42,811 nt of DNA. Origin: Candidatus Parcubacteria bacterium. GTDB taxonomy: Bacteria; Patescibacteriota; Minisyncoccia; Phycocordibacterales; CAIZLB01. Positions 19,780-27,885 of the stretch are shown here, one piece after another. Below the pieces are notes generated by a model. The model was not told the DNA's origin. It saw nothing but the letters and a program-made list of their open reading frames with translations, and did not search any database. The stretch is taken from NCBI GenBank assembly GCA_039795775.1, contig JBDKLC010000001.1, positions 1-42,811 of the forward strand. The letters run 5' to 3'. The position numbers and the translations under genes are program-made. How positions within the stretch are numbered: the stretch's first letter is position 1; every line of letters begins with the position of its first letter.

Positions 19780-20295
19780 CAGTTACCCGTCTATATATGT
19801 GCTAAGCATATATACAAATTTTGTGTTAGTTATCCACATTGAAACTTGGTCCAAGATAACGCACATAATATAATTCAGTACGACGGCTCGTTGACAACAT
19901 AAATAAGCAAAGTTGATTCTTAAAAGATTCAACTTACGACAGGTCTATAAATTAATTTATGGATCGCTTACTTCCGATATTCAGAATTGTTCCTACACGA
20001 TAGATTTTCCGAAATTCCAATTCACCCTAACAACTTTCCTTTGCTTTGCGTCGATAACAAAAAGCGGGGGAGTGGTATGAAAGACATTCTTTATAAGAAA
20101 TTATGAAGAGACGGTCATCATAAGAACTGCGAGCCCGTCCTGGTGTTTGACACCTACATAATATATGTAGAGCCAACATCACGACGGGTTCGCAAGTTAA
20201 TTAATTAACCCGAAGATACTGACGCTTACACATTATTAACTTCGTTATTCAATAACGTAGGCTAAGTATCTTTAAAACTTATCAAATACATATAT
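19780..20295 (+). promoter_or_regulatory. Long structured 5' leader (or ncRNA) upstream of the S-layer-like gene
   Basis: TTGCAA-17-TAATAT promoter at about 19745-19773, no ORF of 60 aa or more in the track, many stem-loops including 20125-20198. Confidence 0.55.
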
Positions 20296-22071
20296 ATGTC
20301 ATTAAAGAAATTCGTTTCTGGCGCTCTTGTTTTGGCATTGGCTCTTACAGTTGTTGCTCCAGTAGCAGCAGGTGCACAGTCAATGACAACAACGTCAGCT
20401 TACACTTTCGTTGCCGGTCTTAAACTCGGTTCACGAGGCGCTGCAGTGGTATCACTCCAGTCTTTCCTCGAAGCTAAAGGTTTCCTCGTTATGCCAGCTG
20501 GCGTAGCTAAGGGATACTTTGGTGGTCTTACAAAAACAGCGGTAGTAGCCTACCAGGCTTCAAAGGGTCTTCCTACAACAGGATTCTTTGGTCCTATGAC
20601 AAATACAGCAGCTTGGGCTGATGTATCTGCAATGGGTACAACTGGTGGTACAACTACTGGTGGTACAACTGGTGGTACAACAACTACTGGTGGCGTAACA
20701 TTCACAAACCCTGGAGAAGGATTTGTTGATGTACGACTCGCAGCGACACCTGCAGACAATGCAGATATCCGAACTTCAACAGATGTTCCTGTTTACGGTC
20801 TCGAACTCCGAGCTCGACAGGCTGATGTTGCAGTACAGCGAGTTGACCTCCAGGTTGACGTTACAGCAGCAGCTGCTTCTGAAACACCTTCTACATTGAT
20901 CAATACAATCAAGGTATGGGATGGTTCATCAGTTATCGCTACATTCCCAGTATCAACAGGAACATTCACAAAGGATTCTTCTAACCGATACTATGTACGA
21001 TTGACTGGCTTCAACTTCGTTGTTCCTAAGGACACAACAAAGGTACTCACAGTATCATTCAGTACAAACTCAATTGATACATCTCGAATCACAACAGTTC
21101 GAGGTTACCTTTCACAGTCAGTTCGAGCGACAGATAGTACAGGCGTAAGTACATTCTACGATGCATCTACACTTACACGAACACACACATTCGTTAAGCC
21201 AGGTTCATCTTCATTGACACTTGCTTCTGATGCTGCTGTTCTCCGAGCACAGAACTACAAGATCCCTACAGAAGGTACAACTGAAGTAGTTATGACTACA
21301 TTCAACGTTAAATCTACTGTTGGTGATTCTGTAATCACACAGGTTAACGCAAGTGTAAATGCTTCTGGTTCATACCCAACAGCATTGAGTCTCTACGATG
21401 GCTCTACACTCTTGAGTTCTAAGTCTGTTACATCTCTTAACTCTTCTTCAATATTCGACAATCTTACATTGCCAGTTGGAAAGGAAGTTACAAAGACATT
21501 GACTCTTAAGGCAACTTACCAGTCAACAACAGCTTCAGGTTCAGCGGCTTCTACAACAGTTACAGCTGTAACTTACGATAAACCAAACGGTTCATCAGCT
21601 ACAGTTTCTGCTTCTGTTAACGGCCCAGAACACCGACTCTTCAGTGTTGTTCCAAAGTACACTTTGAGTTCAATCACTACATCTAACCCTACAATTGGTG
21701 GTTCAACAGCTTCTTCATCTGATTCTCAGTATGTACAGGCTGTGTTCACATTCAATGTAATGGCTAACGGTGCTACATTGGTTAAACCAGTTGCTTCTGA
21801 CTTCACAATCCTCGCTGCTTCATCTTCAGGTTCACGAGCTGCTACAGTTTCATCTGTTACAGTAAACAACAACCGAGATATTGCTGACGGTGGTTCTGAT
21901 ACAGTTACAGTTGTTGCTCGACTCGATGCTTCAAACATCGCTTCTGGTAACACAGACTATAACTTCGCTATCTCTTCAATCAAATGGGGATTTGTTGGAT
22001 ACTCTTCAACAACTCAGTCATGGGGTCTCGAAGACTACCGATCTGGTCCAGTTACAGGTTCACGAAAATAA
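20296..22071 (+). CDS. Secreted Ser/Thr-rich surface (S-layer-like) protein with an N-terminal peptidoglycan-binding domain
   Basis: Signal peptide; LKLGSRGAAVVSLQSFL...GYFGGLTKTAV.AYQ..KGLPTTGFFGPMT (PG_binding_1-like); beta-rich S/T body; strong codon bias suggests high expression. Confidence 0.8.
   Translation: MSLKKFVSGALVLALALTVVAPVAAGAQSMTTTSAYTFVAGLKLGSRGAAVVSLQSFLEAKGFLVMPAGVAKGYFGGLTKTAVVAYQASKGLPTTGFFGPMTNTAAWADVSAMGTTGGTTTGGTTGGTTTTGGVTFTNPGEGFVDVRLAATPADNADIRTSTDVPVYGLELRARQADVAVQRVDLQVDVTAAAASETPSTLINTIKVWDGSSVIATFPVSTGTFTKDSSNRYYVRLTGFNFVVPKDTTKVLTVSFSTNSIDTSRITTVRGYLSQSVRATDSTGVSTFYDASTLTRTHTFVKPGSSSLTLASDAAVLRAQNYKIPTEGTTEVVMTTFNVKSTVGDSVITQVNASVNASGSYPTALSLYDGSTLLSSKSVTSLNSSSIFDNLTLPVGKEVTKTLTLKATYQSTTASGSAASTTVTAVTYDKPNGSSATVSASVNGPEHRLFSVVPKYTLSSITTSNPTIGGSTASSSDSQYVQAVFTFNVMANGATLVKPVASDFTILAASSSGSRAATVSSVTVNNNRDIADGGSDTVTVVARLDASNIASGNTDYNFAISSIKWGFVGYSSTTQSWGLEDYRSGPVTGSRK
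20635..20694 (+). repeat. Coding tandem repeat encoding a Thr/Gly linker
   Basis: Repeated (ACT)GGTGGTACA(ACT) units encode GTTGGTTTGGTTGGTTTTGG. Confidence 0.8.
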
Positions 22072-22138
22072 TCTCGCTTAGCTGAAGCTAGTCGAAAGAC
22101 TAACCTAAGTTAAAAAGATTAGTTTCTAACCGAAACTC

Positions 22139-22175
22139 AAAAAGCCGCGCTCGAAAGAGCGCGGCTTTTTGTTTT
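22139..22175 (+). terminator. Intrinsic terminator of the S-layer-like gene
   Basis: AAAAAGCCGCGCTC-gaaa-GAGCGCGGCTTTTT. Confidence 0.92.
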
Positions 22176-22206
22176 GCAAACTTTTTGAATTTGAGTGTTC
22201 TTTAGG

Positions 22207-22229
22207 TGCTGGGGTATAGGGACTCGAAC
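22207..22229 (-). pseudogene. 3' fragment of a tRNA (Gln-like)
   Basis: Minus strand reads GTTCGAGT-CCCTA-TACCCCA-G-CA (T-loop, T-stem 3' strand, acceptor 3' strand, discriminator); the 5' part is absent. Confidence 0.55.
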
Positions 22230-22251
22230 TCTGATTTGTTATACTGATAAC

Positions 22252-22359
22252 ATGTTAGACAAAACAGCATTCAAACTCATTTGTGTATTCCTCGGCATTT
22301 TGATTGTCGGTTTTGTTATCTTTCTCGGTACAGGATACTCTCAACTCTATCTAAAGTAG
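22252..22359 (+). CDS. Small single-TM membrane protein (35 aa), not in the ORF track
   Basis: MLDKTAFKLICVFLGILIVGFVIFLGTGYSQLYLK*; TG-t-TATACT -10 lies 6 nt before the ATG. Confidence 0.6.
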   Translation: MLDKTAFKLICVFLGILIVGFVIFLGTGYSQLYLK

Positions 22360-22421
22360 GTTTAGATAAACTACATATTTTTTTGAGTAAAATTTAATGA
22401 GCTGTTTTGTACTGTATATGT

Positions 22422-25169
22422 ATGAATACATTCGTACGATTTTTGAGTGGTCTGATAATCTGTGTTGTTATAGGAGGACTTGCTAGTTTCCCGCAACCTG
22501 CACGAGCACTTATATTTTTAGGTGACGAACATTGGACTCTTCAAGGTAGTCCATATGTTATTGATAGCCCTAAAAACATTCTTCCTGGCACCAGTCTCAT
22601 TGTTGATCCTGGGGTCGAAGTTGTTTTTACAACTGGATATTTAAATATATACGGAAGCGTCCTGCTCAAAGGTACACAGTCTCAACCTATTCGTGTACAA
22701 AATAAAAATCCTCAGACTATATTCAATCTCTTGTACGATGGTGCAAGTCTCAATATAAAATATTCGTCAATCACGGGTGATTTGTCACAAGAGAGTGGGG
22801 TGATAGTATCTGCGGCAGAGCCATCAAACATTTCTATTTCGAGCAGTACGCTCGAGTATGGAAAAGGCAGTGCATTACAGGTGAATAATAATTCTACGCT
22901 GTATATCTCATACTCGGATATCCGAAACTTTACAGACAAAGCTTTAGAGATAAAAGATTCGTTCGCTCAGATTGTGGAGACCAATATTGAAATGACTGGA
23001 GTTGGTATTTCATCTATCGATAGCGAAGTACATGCACGCAACAATTGGTGGGGACACGCTACTGGTCCTTTTAGCTCTACGACGCAGCCGTTTGGTAGAG
23101 GAGTTAGTATTTCTGGCACCGTAGACTTCATTCCGTGGAGTACGACAAGGTTTCGATCTGAAAATGATGTATGTTGCTCGAGTGTTTTATTTATTCCAGG
23201 TATGCAAGGGAGCCGTTTATATAAGAAAGAAAGATTTTTTGAAAATCAGCTGTGGGAGCCTGATTCAAATGAAGATATTCAAAAGTTATTTCTCACTTCA
23301 GCCGGAACAACAAAAGATTCGACAATTTATACGAAAGATATAATTGGCACAACAAACATACTTGGCCCAGTATTCTCTGTCCCAATATATACATCACTTA
23401 TAACCTCTTTAAATTCACTTGTGAAGGATGGATCTATTACTACATGGCAGTCACTTCCATATGACTGGAGAATGTCCCAAGAAAGCCTTATAGACAGCTC
23501 TGTAATCAGTCGTATTACTGAGCTCGCATCTACATCTAAGACAGGGAAAGTAACGATAGTTGCTCATAGTAATGGTGGGTTGCTTGGTAAAGTTATTATG
23601 AAGAAGCTATCTGATATTCATAAAGACTACCTGATCGATAAAATCATGTTTATTGCTGTTCCAGAAAATGGTACACCTCAAACTCTTACAACATTGCTTC
23701 ATGGAGACAATCAGACACTACTGTTTGGTTTCTTGATGAATAAAAAAATGGCAAGAGATTTTTCATTTAATATGTCTTCTGTTTATACACTTGTACCTTC
23801 GAAAAAATATTTTGAGACAAATGTAGATCCCGAGGTTATAAGGTTTACTTCAGCAAGCACTTCTATGAAGTTTGTATACGGCGATCGTATTAAAGACTAC
23901 GATACTCTATATGATTTCTTCCTTGCTTCTCGCGGAGACAGATTCAAAAATCCAAAGACAGCATCCGACACTAATTGGCCAAATATTCTGAATGTAGGAT
24001 TACTTCAATCTGCGAAGCAATTCCACACAACATACGACACGTGGCAGCCTCCAGCGCATGTTCAGTTCACCACTATAGCTGGTACAGGAAAAGATACTCT
24101 GAAGGGGATTGAATACTTCATATCGGATTGTAAAACAGGAAGTTTTATTGCAGACATTCTTATCTCTATAAAATGCGGGCTTGATAATCCTCGAAGAATT
24201 CCTATGACGTCTACAAACGGTGATGGTGTCGTTACTGGCGGTGGTATCCAATATAGACCTGGAAATTTTTTCTTTGTTGATTTATTTGGCATCAATGTTC
24301 TCGAAAAGAAGAATTACGCTCATGCAACTATGCTGAATATACCGCAGGTACTTCAAATCATTAAAGACGTAATTCAGAATAAAACAATTCAGACGGGGGC
24401 AAACATATATCCAGTTGTACCGCACATGCCTAGAGAAAGAGATGTGTATTCGTACACCGTATCTCAAGAAGTTGATATATCAGTTCGAGATCAAGATAAT
24501 AAAGTCACTGGTGCAGGTACAGTCTACAGTTCAAATATGACTCAACCTTTATATGAAGAAATTCCGAATAGTTCCTACTTCACAATAGGAGATTCAAAAA
24601 AAATAACGCTTGCTGAAAAACCAACAAAAGTTGAAATAAAAGGGGTCTCTACCGGAGTATTTAGTTTGGTGACAGAAGCAAAGGTCATTTCATCAAGTAC
24701 TGGATCTGCTTACTACAGAGTATTTGATCGTGTTCCTGTGACCTCTGTCACATCGGGCACACTTGTGACAACAGCTACTACCTCACAGCTTGAACTTGAT
24801 GATGACTCAGATGGCGATATTGATCGGGTCATTATTCCAACAGATACTACTGCCTCCTCTACGAATGAAGCGCAGCTCGACTTAAGCATGTTCAGAAGAC
24901 GAATTGCTTCGAGTTCAGATGATGTGTTTTCACTTGTAACAAAAAGATATCTTCTTCGATTTGACGGCATCGAAGGAGCTGCTCTGAAAGCTTCCACAAC
25001 TGAGGCCGTTCGTTTAACTCAAATTACCATCGATCGGATTGCCGGTGTTATTGAAGATTTGCAGCTCTATAAAGGGCGGAATCCGGCATACGTTATGACA
25101 GACCTCAAGCAATATTCATTGCTCTATATTATTTTTGCCGACCTAAGGAACGTCCTCATAGCTCATTGA
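22422..25169 (+). CDS. Secreted beta-helix plus alpha/beta-hydrolase (lipase/LCAT-like) fusion protein
   Basis: Signal/TM; WT..GSPY...NNWWG beta-helix region; VLFIPGMQGS, PYDWR, AHSNGG nucleophile elbow, GDGVV, later His; ATG start at 22422. Confidence 0.78.
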   Translation: MNTFVRFLSGLIICVVIGGLASFPQPARALIFLGDEHWTLQGSPYVIDSPKNILPGTSLIVDPGVEVVFTTGYLNIYGSVLLKGTQSQPIRVQNKNPQTIFNLLYDGASLNIKYSSITGDLSQESGVIVSAAEPSNISISSSTLEYGKGSALQVNNNSTLYISYSDIRNFTDKALEIKDSFAQIVETNIEMTGVGISSIDSEVHARNNWWGHATGPFSSTTQPFGRGVSISGTVDFIPWSTTRFRSENDVCCSSVLFIPGMQGSRLYKKERFFENQLWEPDSNEDIQKLFLTSAGTTKDSTIYTKDIIGTTNILGPVFSVPIYTSLITSLNSLVKDGSITTWQSLPYDWRMSQESLIDSSVISRITELASTSKTGKVTIVAHSNGGLLGKVIMKKLSDIHKDYLIDKIMFIAVPENGTPQTLTTLLHGDNQTLLFGFLMNKKMARDFSFNMSSVYTLVPSKKYFETNVDPEVIRFTSASTSMKFVYGDRIKDYDTLYDFFLASRGDRFKNPKTASDTNWPNILNVGLLQSAKQFHTTYDTWQPPAHVQFTTIAGTGKDTLKGIEYFISDCKTGSFIADILISIKCGLDNPRRIPMTSTNGDGVVTGGGIQYRPGNFFFVDLFGINVLEKKNYAHATMLNIPQVLQIIKDVIQNKTIQTGANIYPVVPHMPRERDVYSYTVSQEVDISVRDQDNKVTGAGTVYSSNMTQPLYEEIPNSSYFTIGDSKKITLAEKPTKVEIKGVSTGVFSLVTEAKVISSSTGSAYYRVFDRVPVTSVTSGTLVTTATTSQLELDDDSDGDIDRVIIPTDTTASSTNEAQLDLSMFRRRIASSSDDVFSLVTKRYLLRFDGIEGAALKASTTEAVRLTQITIDRIAGVIEDLQLYKGRNPAYVMTDLKQYSLLYIIFADLRNVLIAH

Positions 25170-25204
25170 CGAAACAGGTCTTTATAGTGTATTCTGTCCT
25201 TCGA

Positions 25205-25325
25205 AGGCTTCGGAGACCATAGGCACCAATAAGTCCTATGCAGAGGTCAAACCAAAGGGGAAGTAGCAATACTTCTGTTTTGGTCACCAATCTCCTGGGC
25301 CCCGTGCATCCGCACGTGGGCTATT
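25205..25325 (+). promoter_or_regulatory. Ribosomal protein L10 leader (autogenous control element)
   Basis: GGAGAC-CATAGG...AATAAGT-CCTATG-CAGAGG resembles the L10-leader AGAC..GUAGG..CCUAC..GAGG consensus; directly upstream of rplJ. Confidence 0.75.
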
Positions 25326-25382
25326 TTCATGAGATAGTCATGAGCCTTTGGTCGATAACCAATCAAAAAAACACATAGTATT

Positions 25383-25874
25383 ATGGCAATTACAAAAGCA
25401 AAGAAACAAGAAATTGTTGCAGATGTAAAGAATGTACTTTCAAAAGCAAAGTCAGTAGTGTTTGTGAACTTTCATAAACTCACTGTACTTGAAACAACAG
25501 CAATTCGAAAAGAACTCCGATCTCATGGTCTCGGCTACTTGGTAGCAAAGAAGACTCTTGCGAAACGAGCTCTTGCAGAAGCTGGTGTATCAGGAGAATT
25601 ACCACAGCTTGATGGTGAACTCGCGCTCGTATACGGAGAGGATCAGATCGCTCCAGCACGAGAAATTTTCAACTTCCAAAAGAAGCTTGATAATCGAGTA
25701 GCTATCCTCGGTGGTATCTTCGAGGCGTCTTACAAGACAAAGGAAGAAATGACTTCAATCGCTTCTATCCCTTCTCGAAAGACTCTCTACGCTCAGTTCG
25801 TCAATCTTATCAATTCTCCTATTCAGGGACTTGTATTGGGACTCAATGCAATTGCTGAAAAGAAGCAACAGTAA
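25383..25874 (+). CDS. rplJ: 50S ribosomal protein L10
   Basis: K.KK.EIV..., IRKELR...YLVAKKTL.KRAL, IASIPSR..LYAQFV.LINSP. Confidence 0.95.
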   Translation: MAITKAKKQEIVADVKNVLSKAKSVVFVNFHKLTVLETTAIRKELRSHGLGYLVAKKTLAKRALAEAGVSGELPQLDGELALVYGEDQIAPAREIFNFQKKLDNRVAILGGIFEASYKTKEEMTSIASIPSRKTLYAQFVNLINSPIQGLVLGLNAIAEKKQQ

Positions 25875-25899
25875 TTTAGTAACAGTTAATTAAACATTT

Positions 25900-26307
25900 A
25901 TGTCAGAAGAAACAACAAACGTACAGGCAGAAGTTGTAGAAACTCCAGCTCAGTTCAAAACTGTAGTTGAAGCTATCGAAAAGATGTCAGTACTTGAACT
26001 CCACGAACTCGTGAAGTTCCTCGAAAAGAAATTCGGAGTATCAGCAGCTGCAGTAGCAGTAGCGGCTCCAGCAGCAGCAGGCGCGGCTGAAGAGAAATCT
26101 TCATTCAACGTTCACCTCGCTGATGCAGGCGCGAACAAGATTGCAATCATCAAGGTTGTAAAAGAAGTTCTCGGTCTTGGTCTTAAAGAAGCTAAGGATC
26201 TCGTTGACGCAGCTCCATCACTCATCAAGGAAGGCGTTAAGAAAGAAGATGCTGAAGCTCTCAAGAAGCAGATTGAAACAGCTGGTGGTAAAGTTGAACT
26301 CAAATAA
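25900..26307 (+). CDS. rplL: 50S ribosomal protein L7/L12
   Basis: [42 protein letters not shown]. Confidence 0.98.
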   Translation: MSEETTNVQAEVVETPAQFKTVVEAIEKMSVLELHELVKFLEKKFGVSAAAVAVAAPAAAGAAEEKSSFNVHLADAGANKIAIIKVVKEVLGLGLKEAKDLVDAAPSLIKEGVKKEDAEALKKQIETAGGKVELK

Positions 26308-26333
26308 TCTTTCATTAGATTATTCGGTAGTTT

Positions 26334-26372
26334 AAAGAAAAAGCACTCCAACTCGGAGTGCTTTTTCTTTTT
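26334..26372 (+). terminator. Terminator of rplJL
   Basis: AAGAAAAAGCACTCC-aactc-GGAGTGCTTTTTCTT. Confidence 0.9.
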
Positions 26373-26440
26373 GATAAGACCATAAAAAACCGAGATGGGA
26401 AGGCCATGAAAGGGGAGGGATTTTATGGTACATTAAATAT

Positions 26441-27013
26441 ATGGACATATTAGAAAAAATCTTTGGAGGAGCCGCACGTGTGAAGCTTATGCGACTTTTC
26501 CTTTTCAATCCGAACTCAAGCTTTACGGCGGACGAAGTTTCTACACGAACAAAAACAGAAATCTCTCGGGTACGGCGTGAACTCAACTTTTTAGTAAAAG
26601 TAGGTTTGGCAAAAAAACGGTCATCAGCAAATAAGGGGGTGTGGTACCTCAACGAACGCTTTCCATATCTCGCTGAATTCCAGCGACTCCTTCTTCAGAC
26701 AAGTCTTATTACTCCTCAAACAATCCTCAAAAAACTCTCAAAAATAGGTCGACTCAAACTAGTGGTACTTTCAGGTCTTTTTAAGGAACAATGGGATAGT
26801 CGACTCGATATGCTTGTTGTTGTGGATAACTCAAAGAAGAGCACTATCGAATCTGTCATGTCTACTATTGAGGCAGAAGTGGGACGAGAAATACACTATG
26901 CTGTGCTTGACGCAAATGACTTTAAGTATCGATTGGGTGTAGGAGATAGACTAGTTCGAGATGTTTTGGACTATCCTCACGAAGTGGCTCTCAACAAGCT
27001 CGCTGTACTCTAA
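26441..27013 (+). CDS. Winged-HTH plus nucleotidyltransferase-like fold protein
   Basis: N-terminal ..RVKLMRLFLFNP....TADEV.......VRREL..L...G; C-terminal VLSG.F......LDMLVVVD...E.EVGREIHY. Confidence 0.65.
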   Translation: MDILEKIFGGAARVKLMRLFLFNPNSSFTADEVSTRTKTEISRVRRELNFLVKVGLAKKRSSANKGVWYLNERFPYLAEFQRLLLQTSLITPQTILKKLSKIGRLKLVVLSGLFKEQWDSRLDMLVVVDNSKKSTIESVMSTIEAEVGREIHYAVLDANDFKYRLGVGDRLVRDVLDYPHEVALNKLAVL

Positions 27014-27077
27014 ACTGCTATAATTATGTCATAGGGGTTGTCACCCTATGTAAGCAGTAATAAAATTTTATCCTTAT

Positions 27078-27767
27078 ATGTTATTAACAACTTGGGGTGA
27101 TGCGATTAGAACATCATTCTTTGGTCTAGGACCAAACGTTCTTCAGGTAGTTGTTCTTCTTCTTGTCGCTCTTATAATTTTTGCTGTTGGTTGGGTAGTG
27201 GGATCATTCATTGGAAAGCTTGTAGCAAAAGCAATCCGAGCTATCAAAGTTGATACAGCACTTCGAGAAGCTGGTGTTGAAAGCACTCTTCAGAAAGGTG
27301 GTATTGCTCTTGATTCAGGTGCATTTGTTGGATCGCTCGTAAAGTGGTTTATCGTTGCAGTCTTCTTACTTGCTGCACTTCAGATGCTTGGTCTTACTCA
27401 GGTGACTCTCTTCTTGCAAGTTGTAGTCGTTAATTATTTACCTCGAGTAATAATTGCAGTTATCATTCTTCTTGTTGCTGTTGTTATTGCAGATGTAGTG
27501 AAGCGAGTTGTTTCAGCATCTTCAGCAGCAGCGGGAGTTACATCTGGTAACGCTGTTGGTCTTATCGCAAAGTGGGCGATCTTGGTGTTTGCAGTTCTTG
27601 CAGCTCTTGATCAGCTTCAGGTTGCTCCAACACTTATTCAGACACTCGCACTAGGAATTGTGATTTCACTTTCTCTTGCGTTTGGTCTTGCGTTCGGACT
27701 AGGTGGCCGAGATGCAGCGGCTCGAGCTATCGAACGAATTGAAAATCAAATCAATCATCGACGATAG
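27078..27767 (+). CDS. Conserved TM-helix membrane protein (CmpX/small mechanosensitive channel TM-like)
   Basis: Multi-TM; YLPRVIIAVIIL, ALDQLQVA, AFGLAFGLGGRDAA. Confidence 0.8.
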   Translation: MLLTTWGDAIRTSFFGLGPNVLQVVVLLLVALIIFAVGWVVGSFIGKLVAKAIRAIKVDTALREAGVESTLQKGGIALDSGAFVGSLVKWFIVAVFLLAALQMLGLTQVTLFLQVVVVNYLPRVIIAVIILLVAVVIADVVKRVVSASSAAAGVTSGNAVGLIAKWAILVFAVLAALDQLQVAPTLIQTLALGIVISLSLAFGLAFGLGGRDAAARAIERIENQINHRR

Positions 27768-27797
27768 TATTCTCTGTCTACGTTATATAGAGTAGGG

Positions 27798-27837
27798 GAA
27801 AAGGGGGCGGCCGTACGGCCGCCCCCTTTTCTTTTTT
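27798..27837. terminator. Perfect 34-bp GC-rich palindrome/terminator
   Basis: GAAAAGGGGGCGGCCGTACGGCCGCCCCCTTTTC followed by TTTTTT. Confidence 0.88.
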
Positions 27838-27885
27838 ACATACTTTTTGCAATTATTTCGATAACCCTGTAGAGTTACCGTCTAG

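Noticed and set aside
19830-19838. Perfect DnaA box TTATCCACA, suggesting oriC (another lies at 26821-26829 inside a CDS)
   Set aside because: Single box, no cluster, no dnaA or dnaN nearby, and no switch in dominant gene orientation; could still be a lone regulatory site
20635-20694. Short tandem repeats as a possible CRISPR array or contingency locus
   Set aside because: In-frame Thr/Gly linker with no spacers; no cas genes in the window
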